This document shows positions 43,901 through 55,521 of a DNA stretch of 64,000 nucleotides, piece after piece. The translations under genes were made by a program, and so were the position numbers. The notes below the pieces were generated by a model. That model was given only the letters and a program-made list of their open reading frames with translations, was not told where the DNA came from and searched no databases. Source of the stretch: an uncultured Chloroflexia bacterium (GTDB lineage Bacteria; Chloroflexota; Limnocylindria; Limnocylindrales; CSP1-4); assembly GCA_963734535.1 (NCBI GenBank), contig CAVTHS010000006.1:32001-96000 (forward strand), written 5' to 3'. Numbering within the stretch: the first letter of the stretch is position 1; every line of letters begins with the position of its first letter.

Positions 43901-44773
43901 ATGGCGGCCCCGGCGGCGCGCCAGGATGCCCCCCACGGCCTCGCCGTGCGCCCGTCAACCGATCGCGCGTTGCTCCGGGCCTTCCTCGAGCGGGATCGCC
44001 TGTACGCCGCCTACGCGCTGTGCGACCTCGACGACCGCGAGTTCGGGCGGACCCGATGGGGCGTCGCGCATGCGGGGTCGGAACCGGCGGCCGTGGTCCT
44101 CGAGTACGCGGGGCTCGCGCCCCAGCCGGTCTTCGTGATGGGCGATGGAGCCGGGATCGCGGCAGTCCTGCGGGAGCTCATCCGTCCCCGCGCCGCGTAC
44201 CTCGCCGCGCGGCCAGAGCACCTGCCGGCCGTCGCCTCGCTCTACCGGATCGAGCCCGGCCCGCCGATGGTCCGGATGTGGGTCGACCGCAGCCTCTTCC
44301 GGCCGTACCCCGCGGACGTCGCTCGGCTCCTTCCCGTCGAGGTCGGCGACCTCAACCGGCTCTACCAGCTGGGCTTCACCGCGTGGCTGCCGCCGACGGC
44401 GGTCGCGGAGGGCATCTACTACGGGATCCGGGTCGGCGGCAGGCTCGTCAGCGCCGCCGGCACGCACGTGATCTCGCCCGAGGCGCGCCTGGGCGTTGTC
44501 GGCAACGTGATGACCCACACGGACTTCCGGGGCCGGGGCTACGCGACGGCGGTCACGGGGGCGGTCACCGCCGACCTCCTGCGCTTCTGCGAGCAGGTCG
44601 TCCTGAACGTCCGCTCCGACAACCCGCCCGCCCTCCAGGCCTACGCGAAGCTGGGTTTCCGCGAGCACGTCCGCTTCGAAGAGCGGCTGATCCACCGGAC
44701 CGGCGGCGGGCTCGGCCCGCTCGGCGCGCTGCCGGGGCCGATCCGGCGGTTGCTCGGACGCGGCGAGAGCTGA
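43901..44773 (+). CDS. GNAT family N-acetyltransferase
   Basis: [16 protein letters not shown] acetyl-CoA motif; [13 protein letters not shown]. Confidence 0.9.
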   Translation: MAAPAARQDAPHGLAVRPSTDRALLRAFLERDRLYAAYALCDLDDREFGRTRWGVAHAGSEPAAVVLEYAGLAPQPVFVMGDGAGIAAVLRELIRPRAAYLAARPEHLPAVASLYRIEPGPPMVRMWVDRSLFRPYPADVARLLPVEVGDLNRLYQLGFTAWLPPTAVAEGIYYGIRVGGRLVSAAGTHVISPEARLGVVGNVMTHTDFRGRGYATAVTGAVTADLLRFCEQVVLNVRSDNPPALQAYAKLGFREHVRFEERLIHRTGGGLGPLGALPGPIRRLLGRGES

Positions 44774-44904
44774 CCGGCGCACCGCCCTTCAACGTGGGCC
44801 GTCGTCGCCTCGACGCGCGCGGGAGTCGCGGCAGCGACGTCGGGCATAATCAGGGAAACGTCCCCGACCTCGGCCCATCCCCCGCCCTGGAGATCCTGCC
44901 TGCC

Positions 44905-46182
44905 ATGACCATCCCGACCGCCCTGCCGCCCCACGACGTCACGGACCTCGGTCTCGTGGACGAGGGCGTCCGCCGGATCGAGTGGGCGGAGCGCGAGATG
45001 CCCGTCCTCCGGCTGATCCGCGAACGGTTCACGCGCGAGCTGCCGCTCCGGGGCATGCGCGTCGCAGCCTGTCTCCATGTGACCACCGAGACCGCGAACC
45101 TGATGCGGACGCTGGCCGCGGGCGGAGCCGAGATCGCGCTCGCTGCCAGCAACCCGCTCTCCACGAAGGACGACGTGGCGGCCGCGCTCACCGCGCGCTA
45201 CGGGATTGCCACCTGGGCCCGCCGGGGCGAGGACCGCGACACCTATTACGCGCACCTCAACGCCGTTGCCGACACCCACCCGCAGCTCACGATGGACGAT
45301 GGCTGCGACCTGGTCTCGCTGCTCCACGGCGAGCGGCCCGGCCAGCTGGGCGAGGTCCTGGCCGGGACCGAGGAGACGACGACGGGCGTGATCCGCCTCC
45401 GCGCCATGGCCAGGGACGGCGCGCTGCGCTTCCCGGTCGTCGCCGTCAACGAGGCGGAGACGAAGCACCTGTTCGACAACCGCTACGGGACCGGCCAGAG
45501 CACGATCGACGGGATCCTGCGGGCCACGAACATCCTGCTCGCCGGGCGCCAGGCCGTGGTCGCCGGGTACGGCTGGGTCGGCAAGGGGATCGCGTCGCGC
45601 CTCAAGGGGATGGGGGCCCACGTCGCGGTCGTCGAGGTGAACCCCGTCCGGGCGCTCGAGGCCCTCATGGATGGCTTCGAGGTCATGACGGTCGACCAGG
45701 CCGCCCCGTGGGGCGAGCTGTTCATCACCGCGACCGGCAACGTGAACGTCTTCCGCCGCGAGCATTTCGTGGCGATGCCGGACGGCGCGATCATGGCCAA
45801 CAGCGGTCACTTCGACGCGGAGCTGGATCTCAAGGCCCTCCGGGCCCTCGCGGAGGGTCACGTGCGCGAGGTCCGCGAGAACGTCCAGGAGTTCGACCTC
45901 GGGCCGAAGAAGGTCCACCTGATCGCGGAGGGCCGGCTCGTGAACCTCGGCGCCGCCGAGGGCCACCCCGCCGCGGTCATGGACATGAGCTTCGCGAACC
46001 AGGCGCTCTGCGCCGAGTACGTCGCCCGGCACCATGCCGAGCTGGAGAGCATCGTCTACAACGTTCCCGAGGCGATCGACCAGGAGGTCGCCCGTCTCAA
46101 GCTCGAGGCGCTCGGCCACCACATCGACGGGATGACCGACGAGCAGGTGGCCTACTCGAACTCGTGGACGAGCGGGACGTAA
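44905..46182 (+). CDS. ahcY: Adenosylhomocysteinase
   Basis: [50 protein letters not shown]. Confidence 0.98.
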   Translation: MTIPTALPPHDVTDLGLVDEGVRRIEWAEREMPVLRLIRERFTRELPLRGMRVAACLHVTTETANLMRTLAAGGAEIALAASNPLSTKDDVAAALTARYGIATWARRGEDRDTYYAHLNAVADTHPQLTMDDGCDLVSLLHGERPGQLGEVLAGTEETTTGVIRLRAMARDGALRFPVVAVNEAETKHLFDNRYGTGQSTIDGILRATNILLAGRQAVVAGYGWVGKGIASRLKGMGAHVAVVEVNPVRALEALMDGFEVMTVDQAAPWGELFITATGNVNVFRREHFVAMPDGAIMANSGHFDAELDLKALRALAEGHVREVRENVQEFDLGPKKVHLIAEGRLVNLGAAEGHPAAVMDMSFANQALCAEYVARHHAELESIVYNVPEAIDQEVARLKLEALGHHIDGMTDEQVAYSNSWTSGT

Positions 46183-46189
46183 GCCACAG

Positions 46190-48268
46190 ATGACAGAGAG
46201 GTCAGCCCAGGCTCCGTTCGCCGCCACCGACGAAGCAGGGCCCGTGGTCGTCGCTCCCTACGGCAGCTGGAGCTCACCGGTCGCCCTCGAGCTGGTTGCA
46301 GCTGGGTTCGTCCGGCTGGCCGAGACGCGCTGGGACGGCGAGGCCATCACGTGGCTGGAGGGTCGCGCCGGGGACGGCGGTCGCCAGACGCTGGTCCGGT
46401 GGACGCGCGCCGGGGGCGCGCGCGACGTCAGCCCGCCCGGGATCAACGTCCGGACCCGCGTCCACGAGTACGGCGGGGCGGCGTACCTGGCCGCCGGCGA
46501 CCTGCTCGTCATCTCGGACTTCGCGACCGGGCGGCTCCTGCGGATCGGCCCGGATCGGACCGCGACGCCACTCACGCCCGACGGCCGCTGGCGTTACGCA
46601 GACCCGTGTCTCGACGCGGCGCGCAACCGGCTGGTCTGCGTCCGGGAGGATCATTCGGTCGAGGGGCGCGAGGCGGTCAACACGCTCGTGACGCTCCCGC
46701 TCGACGGGTCTGCCGCGGACGACCCGGCGCGTGTCGTGGAGCTGGCGGGCGGCTCCGACTTCGTCGCCGCGCCGCGACTCTCGCCGGACGGCGGACGCCT
46801 GGCATGGATCCGCTGGAACCACCCGAACATGCCGTGGGATGGGACCGAGTGCGTCGTGGCGGACCTCGGGTCGGACGGATCACTCGGTGAAGCGACGGTC
46901 GTGGCGGGCGACCCGGACACCTGGGTCACCCAGCCGGCGTGGTCGCCGGACGGCGTTCTCCACGTGTCGGCGGAGCTGGACGGCTGGCTGAACCTCTATC
47001 GCGTCGCGGACGGCGTGCCCCCGGATGCGGGCGTGCATGCCGATTCCGCCGTCCGTCTCGTCCCGCTTGCGCCGATGGCCGCCGAGTTCGGGGGACCGGA
47101 GTGGAACTTCGGCTACGCCGACTACGCCTTCGCGTCCAACGGGACGATCATCGCCGCCGGCCGCTCCGGCGGGCGCGACCGCCTCTACCGCATCGACCCG
47201 ACGGGAGTGGCCGGCCCGGCCGAGATCACGCTTCCGTTCACCGAGCTCGACTACATCGGCGTGCAGGGCGACCGCCTCGTCTGCCTGGCGGCGGCGCCGA
47301 CCGCGTTCCGCTCCGTCGTGATCGTGAGCCTCGTCGACGGGACCTTCGAGGTCCTCCGCCGAGCCTCCGGCGCCGTGCTCGATCCAGCCGATCTCGCGAC
47401 GGCCGAGCCGGTCGAGTTCCCGACGACCGGGGGGCGCACCGCGCATGGGATCCTCTACCGGCCGCACAACCGGCGTGCCCGGGCGCCCGACGGGGAGCTG
47501 CCGCCGCTGGTCGTGACCAGCCACGGCGGCCCGACCTCCGCGGCCTTCACCGGCCTCTCGATCTCGCTGCAGGTCCTCGCCACCCGCGGGATCGCCGTGC
47601 TCGACGTGGACTATGGCGGGAGCACGGGATACGGGCGCGATTACCGCGAGCGCCTGGAGGGGAGCTGGGGGATCGTGGACGTCGACGACTGCGTCGCCGG
47701 CGCCCGCGGGCTGGCCGACCGCGGCATCGTGGACCCGGAGAGGCTCGCGATCGAGGGCGGCTCGGCGTCGGGCTTCACGACGCTCGCGGCGCTCGCCTTC
47801 CGGGACGTCTTCCGGGCCGGCGTGAGCTACTTCGGGATCGGGAACCTGGCCGCGTTCGTGGCCGAGACCCACAAGTTCGAGTCGCGCTACCTCGAGGGCC
47901 TGGTCGGGCCGTATCCGGCCGCCCGGGACGTCTACGAGGCCCGCTCGCCGATCTTCCACGTCGATGGGATCCGCTGCCCGGTGCTGGTGCTGCAGGGCCT
48001 CGACGACCGCGTCGTGCCGCCGTCGGAGGCCGAACGGATCGTGGCAGCTTTGCGGGCGAACGGCATCCTCCACGCCTACATCCCCTTCGAGGGCGAGGAT
48101 CACGGGTTCCGCAAGGCGTCGTCGATGCTCCGCTCGATCCAGGCCGAGCTCGCGTTCTACGGCGCCGTCTTCGGGTTCGTCCCGGCCGATGCCCTGCCAC
48201 CGCTGCCCCTCGTCGGCGGGCCGCCGGAGGCAAGCGGGCCCGCGCGCCTGATCCCCGCGTCCGTGTGA
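46190..48268 (+). CDS. S9 family (prolyl oligopeptidase-like) peptidase
   Basis: APYGSWSSP, HGGPT, GGSASG nucleophile elbow, QGLDD, GEDHGF. Confidence 0.93.
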   Translation: MTERSAQAPFAATDEAGPVVVAPYGSWSSPVALELVAAGFVRLAETRWDGEAITWLEGRAGDGGRQTLVRWTRAGGARDVSPPGINVRTRVHEYGGAAYLAAGDLLVISDFATGRLLRIGPDRTATPLTPDGRWRYADPCLDAARNRLVCVREDHSVEGREAVNTLVTLPLDGSAADDPARVVELAGGSDFVAAPRLSPDGGRLAWIRWNHPNMPWDGTECVVADLGSDGSLGEATVVAGDPDTWVTQPAWSPDGVLHVSAELDGWLNLYRVADGVPPDAGVHADSAVRLVPLAPMAAEFGGPEWNFGYADYAFASNGTIIAAGRSGGRDRLYRIDPTGVAGPAEITLPFTELDYIGVQGDRLVCLAAAPTAFRSVVIVSLVDGTFEVLRRASGAVLDPADLATAEPVEFPTTGGRTAHGILYRPHNRRARAPDGELPPLVVTSHGGPTSAAFTGLSISLQVLATRGIAVLDVDYGGSTGYGRDYRERLEGSWGIVDVDDCVAGARGLADRGIVDPERLAIEGGSASGFTTLAALAFRDVFRAGVSYFGIGNLAAFVAETHKFESRYLEGLVGPYPAARDVYEARSPIFHVDGIRCPVLVLQGLDDRVVPPSEAERIVAALRANGILHAYIPFEGEDHGFRKASSMLRSIQAELAFYGAVFGFVPADALPPLPLVGGPPEASGPARLIPASV

Positions 48269-48339
48269 CCGCGGCGCCGACGCCATTCGGCACGGCGTCG
48301 CTGCCCGAGTCGAGCGGCTCGAACGCTCGTTCCCTCGGC

Positions 48340-49161
48340 TCAGCGACGTCGAGTGCCGCCCGGGCGTGGGCGTCTCCGGTTGCGGCGCCGGACGTCGGAC
48401 GCGATCAGCATGCCGAGCAGGGCCAGGGCGATGACGACCGCGAACACCGCGCTCGAGACTCCGCCCTGGTCTCCAGCCGTCCCAACGGGGATCGCGGGGC
48501 CCGTGTGACCGGCCGAGGTCCCGGGACTCACCACGGGGTTCGGGCCGGCGCCCGACGGCGAACCTGCGGATCTTCGAGCGACGAGGGCAAAGTCGCCGAA
48601 CCGGGTGACGACGGCGGTGAACACGGGAGCAAACCCCGCGGCCTGGGTCTCGAGCGGCTCCCATCCGCCAGGGGTCAGCTGCTCGATCGTTACCAGCGGC
48701 TCGTCGCCCGGGCTGCGCATGACGACCGTCACCTGCTGAGCCGCCGGTGCCGTGAGGTCGACCCCGGCCTGGTTCGTGAGCGTGATGCGGTACACGTTGC
48801 CATCAATGCGGCCGTCGGTCGGGAGCGTGCCCGGTGCGACCGGGGTGATCGAGATCCTGATCGACGTGGTTCCCGCCGGCAGGTCGAGTGAGCCTGGCGT
48901 TGCGAAGACCTGGGCCTGGGGCGGAAGCTCCCCGGTGCCGAGGGCGACCAGCGGATTGGCCCCGTTGACGGGCTCCACGACGTTCGCGGCAGACCCTGGG
49001 CCCCCGGGCTGGCCCTGCAGCGGTGTCAGCCATCGGTAGGGCTCCTGCACCGCGACGCCGTCGTAGAGCGGTGGAGTGAGCACGGGTGCGACGTGCTGGG
49101 CGGCAAGGATCGCGATGATGCCGATCGCAAGCGAGGCGATTCCGATGCGGTGCTCGCGCAT
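48340..49161 (-). CDS. Hypothetical surface protein with signal peptide and C-terminal TM plus Arg-rich tail
   Basis: Hydrophobic N-terminus, PPLYDG...PYRW, beta-rich body, P/G/S linker, TM helix, RRRNRRR; start overlaps the CPBP stop. Confidence 0.7.
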   Translation of the reverse strand: MREHRIGIASLAIGIIAILAAQHVAPVLTPPLYDGVAVQEPYRWLTPLQGQPGGPGSAANVVEPVNGANPLVALGTGELPPQAQVFATPGSLDLPAGTTSIRISITPVAPGTLPTDGRIDGNVYRITLTNQAGVDLTAPAAQQVTVVMRSPGDEPLVTIEQLTPGGWEPLETQAAGFAPVFTAVVTRFGDFALVARRSAGSPSGAGPNPVVSPGTSAGHTGPAIPVGTAGDQGGVSSAVFAVVIALALLGMLIASDVRRRNRRRPRPGGTRRR

Positions 49162-49769
49162 CACAGCCACCATGTCGCGATGTCGGCGATGGCGTGGGCG
49201 ATCGCCGGGGCCGCAACTCCGCGGCTGACGAGGCGCAGGCCCGCCAGCAGGAACCCGACGGCAATGTCCAGGGGGACGACGTGCCACCCGTAGAGCGGGA
49301 CGTGGAGCAGGGCGAATGCCGCGCTCGTCAGGGCGATCGCGACAGGGAGGCTCGCAGCGCCCGAAAGGGCATCGAACAGGGTGCCCCGGAGCACCGCCTC
49401 CTCGCCGACGGCGACCAGCAGCGTCACTGCCACCCAGAGGGCGAACGGCTCCGGGTGGCTGCCGAGGGGGAGGCCGGGCCCCGGCCGGGCGACGATCGGC
49501 AGGAGCACGAGGACGATTCCGCCGGCAAGCCCACCCGCAACGCCGACACGCCGGGGGCGGCCCAGGGACAGGCCTGTCGCGACCGCGAGCCCGATCAGCA
49601 ACGCGCCGAAGACGATCCCGGCCGTGAACGCGGGGCCGACGCCTGCCCCGTTGAGCGCGACGCGGGCGGCAACGGCGAGCGTCAACCCGCCCGAGATCGC
49701 CGCTGCGCGGGCGGCGCGCCGGAGTGAGCTCAGCGTCGCCGCACCCACCGCCGGCGCGGCCGGCGCCAT
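49161..49769 (-). CDS. CPBP family intramembrane glutamic endopeptidase
   Basis: EEAVLRG, FALLH and HAIAD motifs intact. Confidence 0.88.
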   Translation of the reverse strand: MAPAAPAVGAATLSSLRRAARAAAISGGLTLAVAARVALNGAGVGPAFTAGIVFGALLIGLAVATGLSLGRPRRVGVAGGLAGGIVLVLLPIVARPGPGLPLGSHPEPFALWVAVTLLVAVGEEAVLRGTLFDALSGAASLPVAIALTSAAFALLHVPLYGWHVVPLDIAVGFLLAGLRLVSRGVAAPAIAHAIADIATWWL

Positions 49770-51198
49770 CACCGCGGCAGCGGGACGAACTGGATCGTCC
49801 CCGTTGCATACGTCGGCGGCCAGACGAACGCGTACGTCCGGACTGCCTGCCATTGCCAGATGACCGCCGCAGCCCGATCGTTCTGGCCGAGTGTTGCGGG
49901 ATCGGACGAGAACCGGAGCCCTGCCCCGTTGGGCAGCGCGCCGGTCGGCAGGTCGACGGCGCGGGCGGCTGCGGCGATCGTCACCGCGTCCGGACCGCCC
50001 GCCAGTGCCGCGGCGGGCAGGACGTCGTGGAAGAGGGGCCACGCGGCCGAGAACCCGGAGATGCCCTCCTCGGTCGGGCCGGCCGAGGAGCCGAGGTCGG
50101 GGCCGACGAGGCCGTATTCCGGTGCTGCGCTCGGTTCGGGCGCGCCGCCGTACCCGGTGCCTCCACCGCCGTTGCCGCTGGGCGCCGTGCTCGCGGCGCC
50201 CGGGCGCGCGGCCCAGGCGGCCGCGAAGCGGTCGTAGACGGCGCGCGCGGCAGGATCGAGCGCGCCCGGCTGGAACCCGCCCGTGGGGCGATCCGACGCG
50301 AAGATCCCGATCGCATCCGCTCCGAGGTCGCCAGCGAAGTCCGGGTCGCACTCGGCCATCGTCGACCCGATGAGGGCCTTCACGCGAAGCCCCTGCCGAC
50401 AGCATCGCCCGGCGGAACGCGACGCCGTCGGGGATGTGCGATGCCAGGATGAGGACGTCCGGGCTGGCGGCCTTGAGCTCGTCCATCAGGCGCGACCAGG
50501 CCGGGTTGCCCGAGGTCGTACGAAAGGCGCGCCACGACCCGCCCGTGCGCGACATCGGCGGTCCGCTCGGCGGCGTCGGCCACGGACTGCGCGTAGTCGT
50601 CCTGCGCGTTGACGATGGCGACGCGAAGGTCGGGCGCGGCGAGGCCGAGGCGTGGGGCCAGCTCCGTCGCGGCGAACTGGGCCGAGTTCGTCCCGAGCTG
50701 CGTGCCACTCGCCCCAACTCGGAATACGAGCGGAAGACCGCGCCCCGTGAGGCGATCGGCGACGGCGCCCGCCTCCCAGTACACGAGGCCGGCCGCATCG
50801 GCGGCGGCGCTCGCGGCGATCGACAGGTCGGACGAATAGGCGCCGACGACGACGCTGACGCCGTCGGCCCGCAGATCGGCCATCACGTCCTGCGCATCCG
50901 CGCGACTCTCGAGATCGCGTACCACGAGCTCGATCGGACGCCCGCCGACGCCGCCGTCCGCGTTCACGAGGTTCGCCGCGATCTGGACGCCCGCGAGCTC
51001 CTGGCCGGCCAGTCCTGCGGCATTGCCCGCCAGCGGGAAGACCGCCCCGATCCGGATCGGCGGGGCGCCGGACGATCCGGCGGGCGTGGCAGCGGGCGCC
51101 CGGGCAGCTCCCGCAAGCAGGCTGACCGCGATGGCCGAGCCACTGGCAGCGAGCGCGATGCCGACGATGAGGCCTCGTCGAAGGGCGGATCGGGGCAT
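49769..51198 (-). CDS. ABC substrate-binding protein (LivJ/type I PBP-like); apparent frameshifts near 50505 and 50388
   Basis: IRIGAVFPLAG, VNADGGVGGRPIEL, VVGAYSS, PDVLILASH, IWQWQ...VWP over three frames. Confidence 0.8.
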
Positions 51199-51199
51199 G

Positions 51200-51681
51200 T
51201 CACTTCACCGTGAAGAGGACTTCGTCGGACCAGACCCGCGGGTTGAACGGGGCGTGATCGGCGGCCACGAACTCGGCTTTGAGCACGTACGTCCCAGGGT
51301 GGACCGGCAGGTCCTGCTCGAGGCCGTAGTTCATCGAGACGAGGACGTTGTCGACGTACAGGTGGACGTGGCCCGCGGTCGGGTCGGATGCTCGTCGAGG
51401 TTGCAGCCACGATCTCGGCGCCCTGGAGCGAGACGATGATGTGCACCGTCGAGCCGTTGACGACCGCGCCCTGGGCCGGCGACGTGATCGCGATGACGGC
51501 CGGGGAGGCCGGCCGCGATCCGCTGGGCGTTGCGGCAACAGGGCTCGCGCCGGACGCGCCCGGCGGCGCAGATACGAGACCCGGATCCACCGATGCCGGT
51601 CCGCCGGCGGAGCAGGCCGCGAGGCTGACCGCGACCGCTACCGATCACCAGGAGGCGTCGAACGCGGCTGGTCGTGGACAT
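51200..51681 (-). CDS. Putative metal-binding lipoprotein; apparent frameshifts near 51640 and 51375
   Basis: Reconstructed lipobox LAAC, ITSPAQGAVV, GHVHLYVD, AEFVAADHAPF. Start may be 51693. Confidence 0.65.
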
Positions 51682-51689
51682 CGGATACC

Positions 51690-53743
51690 TCATGGTGCGA
51701 TGGAGATGTCGAGCCGGGTCGCGAGCTCGTCGCCTCCCGGCGCCGGCGCCGAGACGGCAAGGCTGTAGCGTGCCTGCGGGCAGCTTCGCGTCGGCGACGA
51801 AGTGGCCGGGCTCGAGCTGGCTAGGCGCCAGGGGACGCAAGCGTGCCGTCCACCGGGCCGAGCGTCATCGTCACGCTCGTGCACGGGAAGCTCGCTCCCT
51901 GACGCGTCGAAGAACGTGGCGTGGATCTCGTTGGGACCCGCCGTCCCGGGATCCGCGTAGATCTCGACCGTCCTGCCGGCGGAGAGGTGGACCGTGTAGA
52001 TGGTCGGCAGACCCGGCACGGCGTTGACCTCGATCGTCGCGCCGGCGACGCCGAGCCGGAAGCTGTTCCCGGGGTGGTCAGCTCGAGCCGGACCTCGACC
52101 GATGCCGTCCCGTTTGCGACCACGGCGGTGATGCCCCACGTCCCGTCGAGGGACAGGTTGGTGCCATTCGCGGAGAAGACCCCGGGGCCGGTCGGCACGA
52201 GGTCGAGCCGGGAGGTCCCGACGTCCGACCGCGGTGGCGTGAAGCGGAGCGAGACGCCGGAGGCGGCGATCGGCGCGCCGCTGTCATAGTCGCTCACGGT
52301 GGCCGTGAACGTGTCCGCGCCGGCCGCTCCCCGCACGACCACCAGTCGCAGCCGGACCGACGTACCGAAGTCGTTTCCAAGCACGACCAGCGGCGCCGGG
52401 GTCGGGCCGGGACTCGGGCTCGCCGCAGCCGCAGGTCCGCCCGTCGAGGCCTCGCCCGCCGCCGCGACGGCCGCCGGTGGGGCAAGGTTGACGAGGCTGG
52501 CGGACAGGAGCACGACCGTGGCACCAACGAGCAATTCGATCGGTGCCGACCGGCGCAGCCCGCGCAGCGTGCGACCGGCGGCGGGCACGTTCCGGAAATG
52601 GTTGACTGCCCCGAGCGTTGCGAGCAGGCCGAGCAGGGCGGTCTTGGCGATGACGAGGCGACCGAAGTCGGTCGTGACAAGGCGATCGAACGTCGCCGAT
52701 CTCCGCGATCGCCCGGATCAGCCCCGTGACGGCGACGGTCGCGATCCCGGCCGTGGCGAGCCGGGCAAAGCGCCGGGCGGCGCGGGCCGTTCGCTCATCG
52801 GCGACGCCGCGAAGCGTCAGCAGCAGGCCGGCAAGCCCGCCGAGCCACATGCCCACGGCGAGCACGTGGAGTCCCTGGATCGCGATCCCGGTCGTGGCAC
52901 TCGCGCCGGCGGCCGCGTGGCTCAGGAGGACGTCGGCAAGCAGCGCGCTCGCGGCGCCGAGCGCCGTCACGGTGAGGGCAGCTCGATTGGCCGGGCGACG
53001 CGCTACGACGATGGCGCCAAGACCGGCCGACGAGCAGCGGCACGCTGCGTTCCGCAGATCGGCCGAGCCCAGCGACGTGCCGAGCACCTCGCCCAGCGCG
53101 GCGCCCGACTCGGCGACCTGGTCGGCGAGCGACGATGGTCGTGCCGATTGCCGCCACGAGCCAGGCCAGCGGCAGGAACCGACGGCTGACGGCGGCGTCA
53201 GGCGCCGCGACGAGGAGCCCGATTGCAGCCCCGCCAAGAAGCCCGATCAGGCCAAGGAACAGGTACCAGCGGCCGGTGATCGTCAGGGCCGACGGCGCGC
53301 TGGCTCCGGGAGTCGTCCCGACGGTCCCCGGCCCGGCATTCGACCCGGGGGCCGGGGGCGGCGGGGTCGTGCCGACCCCGAAGGCGAACGACCCGGTCGC
53401 CGAATGCCCGTCCACTGCAGAGACCGTCCGCCAGGCAACGGTGTAGACACCCGGGCCCACGTGCATCATGGGCGCCGGAGAGCGTCAGCGCGTCCCCGGG
53501 AACGACCGTGGCCGAGCCGCTGCTCACGACATTTCCGGCCCTGTCGAGCACCCGGATCGTCGAGAGCCTTGGGTCTGGCGTCTCCCCGAACGTGATCGTG
53601 ACGGCAGCGGGGGCCGTCGTGAGGGTCGCGCCGGCGCTCGGGTCCGATCTCTGAGGAAGCGAGTGGGCGGCAGCCGAGCCGGCCGCGAGAGCCACCAGGA
53701 ACAGCGCCGCAGCGAGCGCGCGGGTCGCCACGACGCTGCTCAT
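51690..53743 (-). CDS. CopC-CopD fusion copper uptake protein (YcnJ-like) with C-terminal Ig-like domains; multiple apparent frameshifts
   Basis: AAA|HSLPQRSDP, ITFGE, YTVAWRTVSAVDGH (CopC); SHAAA, LHVLAVGMWLGGL, RRFARLA (CopD); DPGTAGPNEIH tail. Confidence 0.85.
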
Positions 53744-53828
53744 GGCACGGGCACGAGGACCTCCTACCCTCCGCTGGCCGGGACTGGCAGCGCGCCCCGA
53801 TCGGTCCGGCCGCGGACTGTCTGGTGCC

Positions 53829-54612
53829 TCAGCTCGTCATCGGCGACCGCTCGCCGACCGCCACGGAACGGTGTCGCCCGCGCAGGCTCGAGACCAGGGC
53901 CAGGAGCCCGATCATGATCCCGAGAACACCGGCGCCGAGGCCGACCAGGAGCGCCCGGCTCGCGTCATCCCGAGCCTGGTTTGCTGCCGCCTGCGCGGCC
54001 TGCAGGGATGCCTGGATCGTGCTGTTCGAGGTCTGTGTCTGCTGGACGGCGGCCTGGACCTGGCCGAGACCGGCCTGGGCGCCCTGGAGGCGCGTGTCGA
54101 GCCGATCCACCTTGGTGGCGAGATCGCCGATCGCCGGGACCTTCACCGGGAACTCCAGGGCCGCCGTCGTCTCCGCGGACGAGAACGTCGACGGCGACGA
54201 CGTCATCTGGAGGTCGACGGGGGCGCCGTGGATGGCGCCCGTGATGTGGAACGTGTAGTCGCCGGGGGAGGTGGGAACGAAGACGGCGTCGTACTCGCCG
54301 GGTGTGCCCCAGCCCTCCTCGACGTCGAATGCGGGCTCGAGCGAAAGCTCCTGGCTCAGCTGGTCGCCGAAGCCGACGACGACCGACAGGTCGCCGGCGG
54401 CGATGTCGGTGACGGGCTTCTCCGTGGTGGTCGCTGACGAAGACCTGGACGCCGTTCACCTCGCCGACGAACGTCGGCTCGTGCTGGAAGCCGATGGCGA
54501 ACGTGTAGTGGCCGGCGGACGCCATGCCGTGGGCAGATGCCCCCGCCACGGACGCAAGAGCCAGGAGCGCGGCCGCGAGGGCGGGCGCGAGGAAACGAAG
54601 GACGGAGCGCAT
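53829..54612 (-). CDS. Membrane-anchored exported protein with N-terminal His (candidate Cu-binding); apparent frameshift near 54425
   Basis: Signal peptide ASA|HG, IGFQHEP, PGEYDAVFVPTSPGDYTFH, coiled coil, C-terminal TM; AAGGAG RBS. Confidence 0.7.
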
Positions 54613-54651
54613 GATCGATCTCCTTGCCCTGCCGATGACGGCAGATCGAGG

Positions 54652-55521
54652 TCACCCTGGTACGGCGAATGCGCCACCGTGCCGGGTCTCCGACCGCGTG
54701 GAGCGGGTCGGAGTGGCGCGGAGGATCGGCGCGTGCGACCGTCGCGGGCGTCGGGTGGGCGCCGGCATCGGGCCGGTACCAGCGCAGACCGCTGCGGCCG
54801 GGTCGGGGCAGCGGTCGGTCAGGCAGCCACGGGCGGAGGGCGGCGCCCGCCCGGCAAGGCGCCGGGCGATCAGCCAGCCGTGGGCGACGGAGGCCGCGAC
54901 ATCGCCCCAGCGACGGGCGGCGCGGGTCGCGCCCGCCCGGACGAAGCGGGTCGCGCCGGCCCGGGCAGCGGCAAGGCGGCGCTCGAGGACGACACCCCGC
55001 CAGCGCAGCCAGGCCGCGGTGATGGCGAGCAGGAGCGAGACGCCGAAGAGGACCGGGAGCGCGAGCGGGTGGTGCGGCCAGACGAGGACGTCGAGGCCGT
55101 GGAACCCGTGGCCCGCGGCGAGGTGCTCGAGGTTCTCCTGGACGACGAACCCGGTCGTGATGACGAGGAACAGGCGGGGGGCGAGGCCGAGGAACTCGTC
55201 GAGGAAGGTCGGGCAGCTCCCCGGCTGCTCGCGCTCGCGCCGCCCCGGGCTCCGGCCGCCCCGCACCAGCGCGATCCGGGACCGCAGGCGGGCGAGGCCG
55301 ACCAGCGTCGCGACGATCGGGATGCCGGCCAGCAGGCTCGCGAGGACCGCGAAGGTGACCCAGTAGCCGTGCCCGGTGGCCGCGAGCGCCTGCCCCGAGA
55401 CGGGCCCGTACTCGGCGATGAAGACCGCGTCGTGGGCCACCACGAGGCCCACCAGGGCGAACGCCCAGAACCGGATCCGCCGGAACCGGACGAGCGTGCG
55501 GGACGGGGCCTCGGGCGCCAT
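54652..55521 (-). CDS. His-rich membrane protein with RAPP motif (candidate arrest-peptide leader); true stop possibly 54819
   Basis: About 4 TM segments; AHD, GHGYW, QENLEHLAAGHGFHG, WPHH; RAPP at 54838-54849. TACAAT 6 nt before the ATG. Confidence 0.7.
   Translation of the reverse strand: MAPEAPSRTLVRFRRIRFWAFALVGLVVAHDAVFIAEYGPVSGQALAATGHGYWVTFAVLASLLAGIPIVATLVGLARLRSRIALVRGGRSPGRREREQPGSCPTFLDEFLGLAPRLFLVITTGFVVQENLEHLAAGHGFHGLDVLVWPHHPLALPVLFGVSLLLAITAAWLRWRGVVLERRLAAARAGATRFVRAGATRAARRWGDVAASVAHGWLIARRLAGRAPPSARGCLTDRCPDPAAAVCAGTGPMPAPTRRPRRSHAPILRATPTRSTRSETRHGGAFAVPG

Noticed and set aside
44774-44904. SAH or SAM riboswitch upstream of ahcY
   Set aside because: Short leader after CATAAT; conserved aptamer motifs not recognised by eye.
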